A stretch of 61,382 bases of DNA, filler included, from Chiloscyllium plagiosum (taxonomy: Eukaryota), in the NCBI RefSeq assembly GCF_004010195.1. It is 3 parts of one record of this genome, joined end to end, with 100 filler letters (N's around TTAATTAATTAA, not from the genome) between each part and the next. Parts side by side here need not be neighbours in the genome. Positions count along the whole stretch, not along the records: positions 39,806 to 61,382 come from NC_057710.1; 2 more parts are not named here. The stretch is one strand, 5' to 3'. Position 1 is the stretch's first letter; the number at the start of each line of letters is the position of its first letter. The position numbers were made by a program, and so were the translations under genes. Positions 49,962 through 61,382 of this stretch are shown here, piece by piece. Below the pieces are notes generated by a model. That model was not told where the DNA came from and ran no database searches. It saw only the letters and a list, made by a program, of their open reading frames with translations.

Positions 49962-50862
49962 TCATAGAGTCATGCAATATGGAAACAGATCCTTTGCTGA
50001 CCAAATTACACTAGTCCTGCCTGCGCTTGGCCTGTATACCTCCAAATATTCCTTATTCATGTACTCCTCTAAATGTCTGTTAAATGTTGTAACTCTACCC
50101 AAGTCACCACTTTAATTGGAAGTTCATTCGCCACACAAAACACTGTGTTTCTTAAAAAAAATTGCACATCAGGTCTTTTTAAAATCTTTCTCCTCTGACC
50201 TTAAAAATATGCCACCCAGTCTTGAAATCTGCCACTGTAGAGAACAGACTCCTGCCATTCACCTTATCTGTGCCCCTCATGATTTTATAAACTTTTATAA
50301 GGTCACTCCTTAGCCTCAAATTCTATTGAAAAAAGTCCCAGTCTATCCAGACACTCCATATAACTCAAACCCTCCATTCCTGGCAACATCTTGGTGAACC
50401 TTTTCTGAATCTTGTTCAATTCAATAATATCCTTCTATAACAGGCAACCAGAACAGCACAACCCACTCCAGAAGAGGCCTCACCAACCTCCTGTACAACC
50501 TCAACATGACGTCCCAGCCGCGATACTCAAAGCATTGAGCAGTGAAAGCAAGTGTCCTAAACGCCACCTTAACCACTTTGTCTATATGTGATGCAAACTT
50601 CAAAGAACTAGGTATCTGAACATGTAGATCTCTCTGTTCCCCAGGATCCTCCCATAAATTGTATAAATCCTGCCCTTTTTTGTTTTATCAAAATGCAATA
50701 CCTTTCATTTATCCAAATTAAACTCCCATCTGCCACTCCTCAGCCCATTGACCCAAGTGAACAAGATCTCTGTGGTCATCTTAGATAACCACCTTCACTG
50801 TTCATTAGACCATCAATTTTGGTTTCATCTGCAAATTTACTAACCATGCCTTCTATATTCTC
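49962..50862 (-). mobile_element. CR1 LINE 3' fragment
   Basis: VMLRLYRRLVRPLLE, KFADE, and a tail at 49962. Confidence 0.88.
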
Positions 50863-50899
50863 ATGTGTACCACTAATGGATTTGCTATTTATCTTGGAT

Positions 50900-51631
50900 T
50901 GTTTTGTGACCCAGCAAGAGAAATAAAGAGGCTGCAAGGTTTGTTAGAGATTTCTGGAATTTTTAAAAGAGAAACATTTATGGCTTTGAGAGGGAAATGT
51001 TTCCTTTATGTTTCACTTTGAGTTTTGGGCAGTCCTCCAAAGTCATTGGAAAAGGATTGTGTAGTCCAGTGATCCTAAGAAATTAAAAGTTGATATGGTG
51101 AACTAGTTTATTTGAGAGTGGGAGTTATTATTAATCCCAGGCAAGTTGTGATAAAACCCAAAAGATAAAACCCTACCTGCAACTGAGTACATTTAAGCAG
51201 GCCATAATACATCCAGGAAGAAGATATCTGCAGTCTAAAAGCTGAAGTCACATTGACATGAATGTACTGAGGTGGTAGATCAGGGACTGTGGTGTGAGTA
51301 TTGTACGAATAGTGTTTTGGGTACTGTATCACGAATGTATTTTGCAGTATCATGCAAAAGCTGTTTTGTTTTCTTATGAGGGAGTATTTTTGGATTAATG
51401 GAATTATATGTTTAAAAATCTTTGAATTGGTACTATAAGTAGATGATTTGATTTGTTATTTTTTATATTTTGTTAATAAATTTGTTTTATTGTCAAAACA
51501 AAATCTTCAGCATTGCATGTTTACGTTTCAGTGAGACATAATTTCATTAGAACAGAAGAAAAAATGTATCAAGCTAGGTTTCCATCTGATATTTAACTTG
51601 TCGGTTAATAACATCAGCTGGGATCATAACA
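50900..51631 (+). mobile_element. Possible solo LTR
   Basis: Ends in gctgggatcataaca, with inverse similarity to the start (tgtgacccagc), and has an internal AATAAA. No TSD was resolved. Confidence 0.4.
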
Positions 51632-51892
51632 ATTTGGAGTGAGTTTTTTTAAAAGAATAATTGAGTCGGGGCAAAAAAAAGCACCAATATTGTTCAATCT
51701 ACATAAGCTTACTTCATGATGACCAAACCCAAACTCAAAGTGCACTATAATTTTCAGTGAAGTTATATATTTGCATTAATACAAATTTCCTGTTGTAAAA
51801 CTACTTTCCAAAAAGAAAAGGAGTAGTCATTCTGTTTTCCCAAGTTCAAAGCTACAGTGTCCACTAAATGCAATGATATTGGTGTAAATTTG

Positions 51893-52020
51893 AGCGCCGC
51901 TCCTTCATCAGGTGGCACTCCGAAAGCTAGTGCTTCCAATTAAACCTGTTGGACTATAACCTGTTATTGTGTGATTTTTAACTTTGTGCACCCCAATCCA
52001 ACACCGGCATCTCCAAATCA
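51893..52020. mobile_element. Short PLE derivative of a different family, with an inverted hammerhead half
   Basis: Minus-strand cacCTGATGAaggagcggcgctc abuts plus-strand ctccGAAAgcTAgtg. Perfect 13-bp TSD tggtgtaaatttg at 51880-51892 and 52021-52033. Confidence 0.78.
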
Positions 52021-52984
52021 TGGTGTAAATTTGGCATTCTAGGAGAGACGTGAATGGAGAATAAGTCCAAAGCATGCATTGTTCTGAACATGTCAATGTT
52101 TTATTTTTCTGACTGAAGCTTGTCTTTCCATGATTCACTTGTACTTTGTTAGCGATCTGTCCATGATGGTAGAGGCAACAAATGAAGGAAAAGATGGTTT
52201 GTTTGTATGGGGAGGCATTTTGAAAGAGTTGGAATGGGATGGTTATTGAGTAGTCCTGCATGAGGGCTTTCTTTTTCTTTGAACCTGCATGTTGAGAATA
52301 AAGGAGGAAACCATATTTTAGTTTGTGGAGAATGATTTGACAAGCTTGATGGATGGTGACTTAGGAGACTGCTGACAAAAGACATATGGATTGATAGCAA
52401 GAGAAAGCTGTGTTGAAGAGTAATGTACTGGGTCATTGGTGCAAGAATTGAACTGCTGTGAGGATGGGGAAATAGCAAAATGGGCTAGAGAGATGGTGAA
52501 TACAGTTGGGTTGTTGCTTCAAACTGGAGACGTGAGCTGCATAATCATTGTTGATTGTTTTGCAATACATGGAAACTGATACTGTATTTTCTCAGTCACC
52601 ATTGGCTGTGTCCATCACATTTCTTGGTGCTCAGTATTCATTCTCATTGCTCCTCCATGTGCTCTGCTGCTGTCCCCTCCTGGAGATTGTAAGTGCAATC
52701 AGCATATGTCACTGTTCCAATTTTAACAGAAAAACTCCCAAAGCATGTGTTTATATGTGCATGATGGTAGGTGTCTTTCATATCATATAAAGTTGATAAG
52801 CCTTTGGGACATGGATTCAAAAATAGCCCAGTTTAATGAAATAGCACCACTGGCTGACTGCTAACTCTCTGGCAACTAACTGTATCTAAAATTAGTTATG
52901 CATTTTCCAATCTATTTGTTCATGTGTCCAAGCTCTCAAATTGGTCTAATAACAGGTACATCATCCAGAAAAGATGTGTAATAT

Positions 52985-53970
52985 AGCTGTAAAGAGAAGA
53001 TATGCCTCCTACACTGTCAGGATATCTCAGAATGCTTTACAGCTAATGAAGGACAGCTGAAATATGATAACGTACGAAATAGCAATGTGATAACTACCAG
53101 ATGTAATGATACTGTTGCTATAAGTGGTGTACTGTGTCCTTTTTTCTGTTGAGAGGTTTTAAGGAAGAGGTGATGAGCAGTCTACTCGGGCACGAGAGTA
53201 AACAGCTTGTGAGGCCTTGGGGTTTTTAATAAAAGTTGGAACAATAGAGGCAGTCTGAGTGGTTGTGGTCAAGATCCCAAAAAGAGTGTTGGTTTTAGCT
53301 TTCAGCAGTTGCCTTTGGGGTCTTAAAGTGGAAGCTTTTTTTTCCCCCTCTTGGTTAGAGCCAAAAGTTGGGGGTTCTTTTCCTGTGACTGGAGTTGCAT
53401 ATGAGATTATCTGTTTTCTGAATTTGCCTTTTGCCAAAGGTATATTTCGAGGATGTTACAATATTGGAACAGTTATTTCGTAGTAGTTACTGGATCTATT
53501 ATTCTGTTAAATTTTCCAATAAAGTTCAATTCATCCAATTCCTTCTTTTTTGTTGCATTTTAACCATACTGAATGTATAAAGTGTACTTTGCTTTCAATC
53601 TGGTAGTTTGACCAATTGAATTGCACCTGGAATGCAGCACCTTAAGTTTACCATTAAAATAAGAACAAGTTAGGATCCACACTATCCTTGAATATTTTGA
53701 GGGGGTTTGGTCTAGTCCAAACACAGCTAACCTACTTTTGTGATGTTGATAAAGAGTAAATTGTGACCAGTCAAGGGACCACACTGCTCTTTAATGTGGT
53801 GCATTGGAATTGTTTATATGGACTTAAAAGAGAAGGTGGCACCTTAGGTTTAGCACTTTCCATTTCAGCATTTTCCAAAATCGGCACTTTCAACAGCATC
53901 CCTCAGTACTGCATTGGTGTTACTAGGTTTTGTACTTGCTGAAATTGGGCATGAATCCACATCTCTCTAG
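52985..53970 (-). mobile_element. DeuSINE-like element split by the solo LTR at 53102-53723
   Basis: Tail aatgctttacagctaatgaa, Deu-like ggcacttt...cagcatccctcagtactgcattgg, and head gggcatgaatccac. Confidence 0.55.
53102..53723 (+). mobile_element. Solo LTR (family A)
   Basis: TG...CA termini, near-TSD caga/cagc, homologous to 30377-31057. Confidence 0.75.
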
Positions 53971-54044
53971 CAAAAATAACAATGGTGGATTATATCTTTT
54001 GGTAGTACAGTCTTGATGGGCTGAAGGGCCTCTTCTGAACTCGA

Positions 54045-54930
54045 CTGTATATACTTGTGTAAAAGTCAAAATTTTTAGACTATTTTTAAAGGTTCAACTA
54101 ACAGGGTTGACGATTACATGGGCACTAGTTTGAGGAGCTGAAATTTCACCCTGCAGTTTGAATTCCCATTAGGATTAGCAGAAGTCCATTTGATCACTCA
54201 ACTAATCCCGGGTCAAGAGAAAAAACACAATGAATTACGGTAAAGGTAATTACTGAATAAAAGCAAGAGAAATATGAATGAATTACCAGTCATAAATTTT
54301 CATTCCAGTATGTATAAATAAAATTTAACGTCAAAGATTCATGGAAATCCTGCAAAATCACACTGTTCAACATCGTTGTGGCCTGGTTGAAACATTTATT
54401 AAATTCTGAATGTGTAAGCTTCTTGAACTTCTTCCATTTCCCTCCCATTTACTTGCGTATGTTATGAACCTCAACAACATTTTCAAATTTGTCAAAGAAT
54501 TAAAGATACTGAGCTAGTATATCTCACTTTTATTCAGATATAATGGCACAATCAAAATTATTAACTTTTTAACAATAAAAGCTTTTAAATGTACAGTGAA
54601 CAAAGTGCAATAAGTACTGGTAGACTTCGGGACTGAATGAGTGAATGAATCAAAACCTGCTGTAGTAAACCAAATGGGCTAAATAGAATTATGAATGAGA
54701 AGAGACTCAATATAGTAAACAAAGGGCGATGAGTAAAGTTACCAGTATGAATGAATGTGATTTTGTTTAAGTGGGTTAATGGGAACATGGAGTTTCATCG
54801 GTATGAGATTTTATAATGTGATGTAGTAGGGTCGACTTTTACACGAGATATATGAAAAATACAAGATTTTTAGGCCAAAAATAAAAGGTCGACTTTTATA
54901 TGATATCGACTTTTACATGACTGTATATGG
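54045..54930. mobile_element. Non-autonomous Tc2/pogo-like DNA transposon
   Basis: Decayed TIRs ctgtatatacttgtgtaaaagtcaa and tcgacttttacatgactgtatatgg, with subterminal gtcgacttttac repeats. Confidence 0.6.
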
Positions 54931-55378
54931 AAAATCTATCTGATAGTTCATTTTATAGGACAGAGGAAAATGAGATTTGCTGCACTTTGCTGACAGGGTC
55001 ATACAGCACAGAAACAGACCCTCCAGTCCAACTTGTCCGAGCTGACCAGGTTTCTCAAACTGAACTAGTCCCAGTTGAACTCGCCTGCATTTGGCTCATC
55101 TCATCTGAGTCTTTTGATATCCATGTACCTGTCCAAACATCTAATTCTACTCCCTTCGACCACATCCTTTGGTAGCTTGTTCCATACATACATCACTGTG
55201 TGGAAAAAGTTGCCCTTTGGGTCCCTTAAACCTATGCCCTCTAGTTTTGGTCTTCCCTACCCTAGCGAAAAGACCTTGGCTATTCATCATGATTTTATAA
55301 CCTTCTATAATGTCACCCCTCAGCCTCCTGTGCTCCAGGGATAAAATGTCTGGCAACCCTGGCAACATCCTTGTAAAT

Positions 55379-57090
55379 TGTGAGTTTTGAGAAAATTTGT
55401 CGCTCAGGTTCAGGTTCTGGATGTAAGTTTGCTCGCTGAGCTGGAAGGTTTGTTTTCAGAATTTCTTCACCATACTAGGTAACGTCATCAGTGAGCCTCT
55501 GGTGAAGCACTGGTGGTATGGCCCACTTTTTATTTGTTTAGGTTTCCTTGGGTCGGTGATGCCATTTCATGTGGTGATGCCATTTCATGTTCCGTTTCTC
55601 AGGTGGTAAATGGGATCCAAGTCCATTGTTTGTTGATAGAGTTCCGGTTGGAATGCCATGCTTCCAGGAATTCTCATGCTTGTCTCTGTTCGGCTGATCT
55701 TAGGGTGAATATGTTGTCCCAGTTGAAGTGGTCATAGAGTTATACAGTCAAGATATTTTATAGCATGGAAACAGACCCTTCGGTCCAACCCGTCCATGTC
55801 GACCAGGTATCCCAACCCAATTTAGTCCTATCTGCCAGCACCTGACCCATATCTCTCCAAACCCTTCCTATTCATATACCCATCCAAATGCCTTTTAAAT
55901 GTTGCAATTGTACTAGATTCCACCACTTCCTCTGCAGCACATTCCATATACGTACCACCCTCTGTGTGAAACTGTTGCCCCTTAGGTCTCTTTTATATCT
56001 TTCCCCTCTCACCCTAAATCTATGCCCTCTAATTCTGGACTCCCCCATCCCAGGGAAAAGACTTTGTCTATTTATCCTAAGCATGCCCCTCAATTTTGTA
56101 AACCTTTATAAGGTCACCCCTTAGCCTCCAATGCTTCAGGGAAAACAGCCCCAGCCTGTTCAGCCTCTCCCGATAGCGCAAATCCTCCAACCCTGGCAAC
56201 ATCCTTGTAAATCTTTTCTGAACCCTTTCATGTTTCACAACATGACGTTAGTTCAGCTTGTCTCTATAGGGTCTTACAAGTTCATTAGCTGCTGTTTTAG
56301 CATGTTGGTGGGTTTGTAGGCTGCCACGATGCCTAGGGGTCTGTCATGATGCCTAGGGGTCTGTGTAGTCTGGCAGTCATTTTCTAGATGTTTTTGATAT
56401 AGGGGAGAATGGCTAGGGTTTGTGGGCACGTTTTGTCTGCTTGTTTGGGTTTGTCACTGAGAAATCAGCGGACTGGGTTAATTGGGTACCCATTCTTTTT
56501 GAATACACTGAATAGGTGATTTTCCTCTGCTCTTCATAGTTCCTCTGTGGGTGCAGTGTGTGATGGCTCATTGAAATAATGTTCTAATGCAGCTTTGTTT
56601 TGTGGATGTTGGGATGACTGCTTCTGTAATTCAGTATTTGGTCAGTATGTGTTGTTTTCTTGTCGTTGCTGGTTTGACGTTCCCATGGACTCTTTGCTGT
56701 ATTGTGATATGTAGCAATAGCAATTTGTTGTTGTTTCCTTCCCTTTAGTGAATTTTATGCCAGTAAAGGTATTGTTGATGGTCTTGAAGATTTCCTCTAT
56801 CCTAGGACAAGCCAAACAGAGACATGCACGAGGATTTCCCAGAAGCGTGGCATTCCAACCAGAACTCTATCAACAAACACAATGACTTGGATCCCATTTA
56901 CCAACCTCTGAGAAAAAGGACAGGAAATGACATCACCATTGGAAATGACATCACCAACCCAAGGAAACCTAAACACAAATGAAAAGTGGGGCATACCACC
57001 AATGCTTCACTGGAGGCTCACTGATGATGTTATGTAGTATAGTCACAAAACGTCTGAAAACAAACCTTCCAGCTAAGCGAGCAAACTTCA
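55379..57090 (-). mobile_element. Penelope-like element with inverted terminal segments and a CR1 nested at 55733-56242
   Basis: 55379-55730 (minus) and 56795-57090 (plus) are inverted copies of the GIY-YIG C-terminus plus tail, each with a decayed tcaCTGATGA core. RT-thumb remnants lie at 56245-56795. Confidence 0.82.
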
Positions 57091-57751
57091 TCTAAATCTT
57101 TTCTGAACCCTTTGAAGTTTGACAACATCTTTCCTGTCGTAGGGAGACCAGAATCGAAAACAGTATTCCAATAATGGCTTAACCACTGTCCTGTACAGCT
57201 GTACCATGACCTTCCAAATCCTATGCTCAATGCAATGACCAGTAAACGCAAGCATACCAAATGCTGCTTTCACGACCATTTGTCTCTGCAAATAAAGGAA
57301 CTATGAACCAGCACCCCAAGGTGAGTTTGTTTGGCAACACTCTCCAGGTGCTGACCATTAAGTGTGCAAGTCCTGCTGTGATTTGCCTGACTAAAATGGA
57401 GAATCTCACATTTATCTAATTTAAACTCCAGTTTTCACTCTTTGGTGCATTTACTGATGTGATCAAGGTCCTGTTGTACTCTGAGGTAACCTTGTTTGCG
57501 ATGTACTCGGCGAGCAATTTTAATGTCATCTGCAAACTTCCTCACCACTTGCTAGATTCACATCCAAATCATTTACACAAAAATAACAAAAAGCAGTGAA
57601 CCCTGCATCGATCCTTGCAGCACACCGCTGGTCATAGGCTTCCAGTTTGAAAAACACTTTCCACCATCACCCTCTGTCTCCTACCGTCAAGCCAATTTTG
57701 TATCCAAGTGGCTAGCTGTCCCTGTTTTCCATGTGATCTAAGCTTGTTAAC

Positions 57752-58176
57752 TGCTAGGTTCTTTTTCTTGAGATTCTAAGATACTTATGCAACTGCAATA
57801 TGCCAACTTTGTGAACAGCCAAAATTTATTAAGCAAGTACAAGCGCTCTGGAGGATTCTTAACACTCTTCGCAATGCTTGCGGAGCATGTCAAACAAGAA
57901 TCTCTGAACAAGGGAACAGTTCTCCTTTAAAGAGGATTTTACATTACCAGTAATGCCCACAAGACAATCCCCTGCCATTCCCCCACAGTCACATGCCATT
58001 CAAGACACAATGTAAGTTGATTGGGTTATTCCCTAAAGCTGTGTCTGATTGGGTTATTCACGAAAGCCGTGTCTGATTAGATTGTCACATCCTGTCTGCA
58101 AGACAGAAAAACACATCCCTCCAGGACATCCAATTTCTTAACTGTCAGCAGAATAAATTAACCCTTTAACATTTCA
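57752..58176 (-). mobile_element. Solo LTR (family C, ERV-like)
   Basis: TG...CA termini, 4-bp TSD TAAC, AATAAA on the minus strand near 57825, and CCAAT repeats. It interrupts CR1 cleanly. Confidence 0.8.
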
Positions 58177-58419
58177 TAACCAGTCCACCAGGTGGAACCT
58201 TGTCAAATGCCTTGCTGAAGTCAGTATAGACACTGCTGTGCCGCCTTCAATCCCCTTTGTCACTTCTTTTTAAAAAAAACTCAATCAAGTTAGTGTGACA
58301 TGAATTCCCACATGCTAAGCCATATTGACTATCGCTAATTTAGACTTTGCTTTCCAAATACATGTAAATTCTGTGCGTCAGAATTGCTTGCAACAACTTA
58401 CCTGCTGTGGATTGATGCA

Positions 58420-58790
58420 AAATGGTTCTGGCTGGGATTTGAGTCATAAGGAAAGGCTGGAACTTTTTTCACTGGTGCATAAGGAGGCTTATAAAATAAG
58501 GGGCACAGGTAAGGTGAAGCAAAGGTCTTTTCCCCAGCGTAGGGGAGCTCAAAATAGAGGGCATAATTTTAAGGTGAGAGGTGAAAGACTTTAAAGGAAC
58601 CTGAAGAGCAACATTTTCACACACGTGGTTTGTATGTGGAATGAACAGCCAGAGGAAGTGGGAGATGCAAGTACACTTACAGCATTGAAGACATTTGGAC
58701 AGGTAAATGAAAAGGAACTGTTTACAGGGAGATGAGCCAAATGCAGGTAAATTGGACAAATTCAGTTTGCAGAAGCCTTGTTAGGTTCAG
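58420..58790 (+). mobile_element. CR1 3' fragment
   Basis: HKERLELFSL...RGHNFKVRGER. Confidence 0.8.
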
Positions 58791-58849
58791 GGCCTCTAGC
58801 TTGTCCTTAACGATTCGCGGAACAAAGCAGAGGAGTGGAGCCAGTGTGC

Positions 58850-59130
58850 TTCTCAGAATTCTTGTGTCTGTTTGATTTGACCTAGGATTCATGTGTTGTC
58901 CCAGTCAAAGTAGTGTCCTTCCTCATCTGTATGTAAGGATACTAGTGAGAGTGGGTCATGTCTTTTTGTGGCGAGTTGATGTTCATGTATCCTGGTGGCC
59001 AATTTTCTGCCTGTTTTTCCAATGTAGTGTTTGTTACAGTTTTTGCAAGGTACCTTGTAAATGACGTTAGTTTTTCTTGTTGTCTGTGTAGGATCTTTCA
59101 AGTTCATTAGCTGCTGTTTTAGTGTGTTGG
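58850..59130 (-). mobile_element. Penelope GIY-YIG fragment
   Basis: TNVIYKVPCKNCNKHYIGKTGRKLATRIHEH. Confidence 0.9.
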
Positions 59131-59473
59131 TTTAATGTGTTTCAGAGGTAGGCAGGCAGTGAATGAGTTCCCTCAGCCTATATTATTTCCTCATTGGTTT
59201 TCCATTTTGCATACAATTGAGGGCAATGGCTCCTTAGGGAAGTGAATCCAGAGCCATACTTGTAGCACCATGGGAGACTGTGCTGTACAGGAGTAAGAAT
59301 TGAAGTAATAAGAGTTTTGAGTAATTGTGGTAGAGGATCCTATAGTCAGGGATCAGGCAGCTATGTCTGTACTCGTGACATTACTCTAGGCTGTTATTGC
59401 CTTCATGTTTCTAGGGTGAACGATGTCATGTGAATGCTGCTGGATGCTATACTGGAGGAAGAATGTGGAGCCA

Positions 59474-61165
59474 TATAAGAACAAAGAAAATTTACAGCCC
59501 AGGAACAGGCCCTTCGGCCCTCCAAGCCTCAGCTGATTCAAATGTACTGTCTAAACCTGTCGGTCAATTCCTAAGCATCTGTATCCCTCTACTCCCCACC
59601 TACTTATGCATTTATCCAGACACATCTTAAATGAATCTACCATGCCTGCCTCTACCACCTCTGCTGGCAACACGTTCCAAATGCCCACCACCCTCTGCGT
59701 GAAGTACTTGCCGCATGTATCCCCCTTAAACTTTCCACCTCTCACCTTGAAAGCGTGACCTCTCGTTGTTGAATCCTTCACCCTGAGAAAAAACTTGTCG
59801 CTATCCACCCTTCTATACCCTTCATGATTTTATAAACATCAATCTGGTTCCCCCCTCAATCTCCTTTTTTCTAATGAAAATAAACCTAACCTACTCAACC
59901 TTTCTTCATAGCTAGCACCTTCCATACCAGGCAAAATCCTCGTAAACCTTCTCTGCACCCTCTCCAAAGCGTCCACATCCTTTCGGTAACGTGGCGACCA
60001 GAACATCTTGTACAGTATTAACATGACTTGCCAGCTCTTATACTCAATACCCCATACAATGAAGGCAAGCATACTATATGCCTTCTTGACCACTCTATCC
60101 ACCTGTGCAGCACCCTTCAGGGTCAATGGACCTGCAATCCCAGATCTCTCTGTCCATCAACTTTTCCCAAGGCTCTTCTGTTCATTGTATAATTCTCTCT
60201 AGAATTAGTCTTGCCTAAATGCATCACCTTACATTTGTCTGGATTGAAATCAATCTGCCACTTTTCCGTCCAACTCCAGTCTATCTATATCCTCCTGTAT
60301 TCTCTGACAGTCCCTTATACTTTCTGCTATTCCACCAATCTTCGCGTCATCTGCAAACTTGCTGATCATACCAACAGTGCCCTCTTCCAGATCATTTATG
60401 TATATTACAAACAACAGTGGCCCCAACACTGACCCCTGTGGAACACCACTGGTCATCATTCTCCATTTCGAGAAACCCCCTTCAACTCCTACTCTCTGTC
60501 TCCTCTTGCTCAACCAATTCTTTATCCATCTAGCTAGAACACCCTGCACACCATGTAACTTCACTTTCTCCATTAGTCTACCATGGGGAACCTTATCGGA
60601 TACCTTACTAAAGTCCATGTTTACGACATCAGCAGCCCTTCCTTCATCTATCAACTTGGTCACTTCCTCAAAGAACACTAAGTTGGTAAGGCACGATCTC
60701 CCCCGCACAAAAGCATGTTGCCTGTCACTAATAAGCCCATTCTTTTCTAAATATAAATAGATCCTATCCCTCTGTACTTTCACCAGCAACTTTCCCACTA
60801 CCAACGTCAGGCTCACTGGTCTGTAATTATCCGGATTATCCCTACTACCCTTCTTGTACAGGGGGACAACATGAGCAACCCTCCAGTCCTCTGGCTCCTC
60901 ACCTGTATTTCAGGATGCCACAAAGATATCTGTCAGGGCCCCAGCTATTTCCTCTCTCGCCTCCCTCAGCAACCTGGGATAGATCCCATCCAGTCCTGGA
61001 GATTTGTCCACCTTAATAACCTCTAGCCTACCCAACACATCTTCCCTACTTATGTCAACGTGATCCAGACTAATCAAACTTCTATCTCTAATCTCAACAT
61101 TCATCATGTTCCTCTCCTCAGTGAACCATGATGCAAAGTAATCATTCAGAATCTCAGCCATTCTT
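59474..61165 (-). mobile_element. 5'-truncated CR1 LINE (RT region)
   Basis: ORFs 60910-61161, 60250-60816 ([14 protein letters not shown]), 59839-60126 and 59551-59808. Confidence 0.95.
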
Positions 61166-61382
61166 TTTCAAGGAACAGATACGACGTGTCCTTGATATGT
61201 ATGTACCGGTCAGACAGGAAAGAAATGGTCGTGTGAGGGAACCTTGGTTGACGAGGGAGGTTGAATGTCTTGTAAAGAGGAAGAAGGAGGCTTACATAGG
61301 TTGAGGAAACAGGGTTCAGACAGAGCAGTGGAGGGATACAGGATAGCCAGAAGGGACCTGAAGAAAGGGATTAAGAGAGCCA
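61166..61382 (+). mobile_element. CR1 ORF2 fragment at the window end
   Basis: VPVRQ...EPWLTREVECLVKRKKEAY...RRDLKKGIKRA. Confidence 0.75.

Larger units (their letters stand above)
54997..58400 (-). mobile_element. CR1 LINE interrupted by a PLE (55379-57090) and an LTR (57752-58176)
   Basis: Collinear CR1 pieces at 54997-55378, 57091-57751 and 58177-58400. Confidence 0.85.

Noticed and set aside
52149..52478. 109-aa minus-strand ORF
   Set aside because: Low-complexity, probably old LINE debris or chance; no motif recognised.

Overview
This is repeat-dense vertebrate genomic DNA. It is most likely from a cartilaginous fish (shark), inferred from HE1/V-SINEs, HER1/CR1 LINEs and a SacSINE/DeuSINE-like element. 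Most of the window is nested transposon debris: CR1, L1, Rex1/Babar, Penelope-like elements (PLEs), a fragmented Gypsy element, four solo LTRs, SINEs and Tc1/mariner MITEs. Nearly all ORFs in the track are TE fragments or noise. Two phase-compatible, GT-AG-bounded coding exons of an unidentified minus-strand gene lie at 6798-6909 and 3902-4050. The rest of the window may be one very long upstream intron or intergenic DNA. The most coherent system seen is a set of Penelope-like retroelements with minimal hammerhead ribozymes. It includes many short palindromic derivatives with 11-15 bp target-site duplications, whose inversion points cluster at the ribozyme. Other items of interest are an unexplained 190-bp intronic hairpin beside an exon, a candidate Rex1-tailed SINE with internal tandem repeats, and YY1-like motifs shared by CR1 and L1 5' ends. 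Three assembly gaps are present, two containing an artificial TTAATTAATTAA spacer. All calls are by eye; repeat boundaries without TSDs are approximate.
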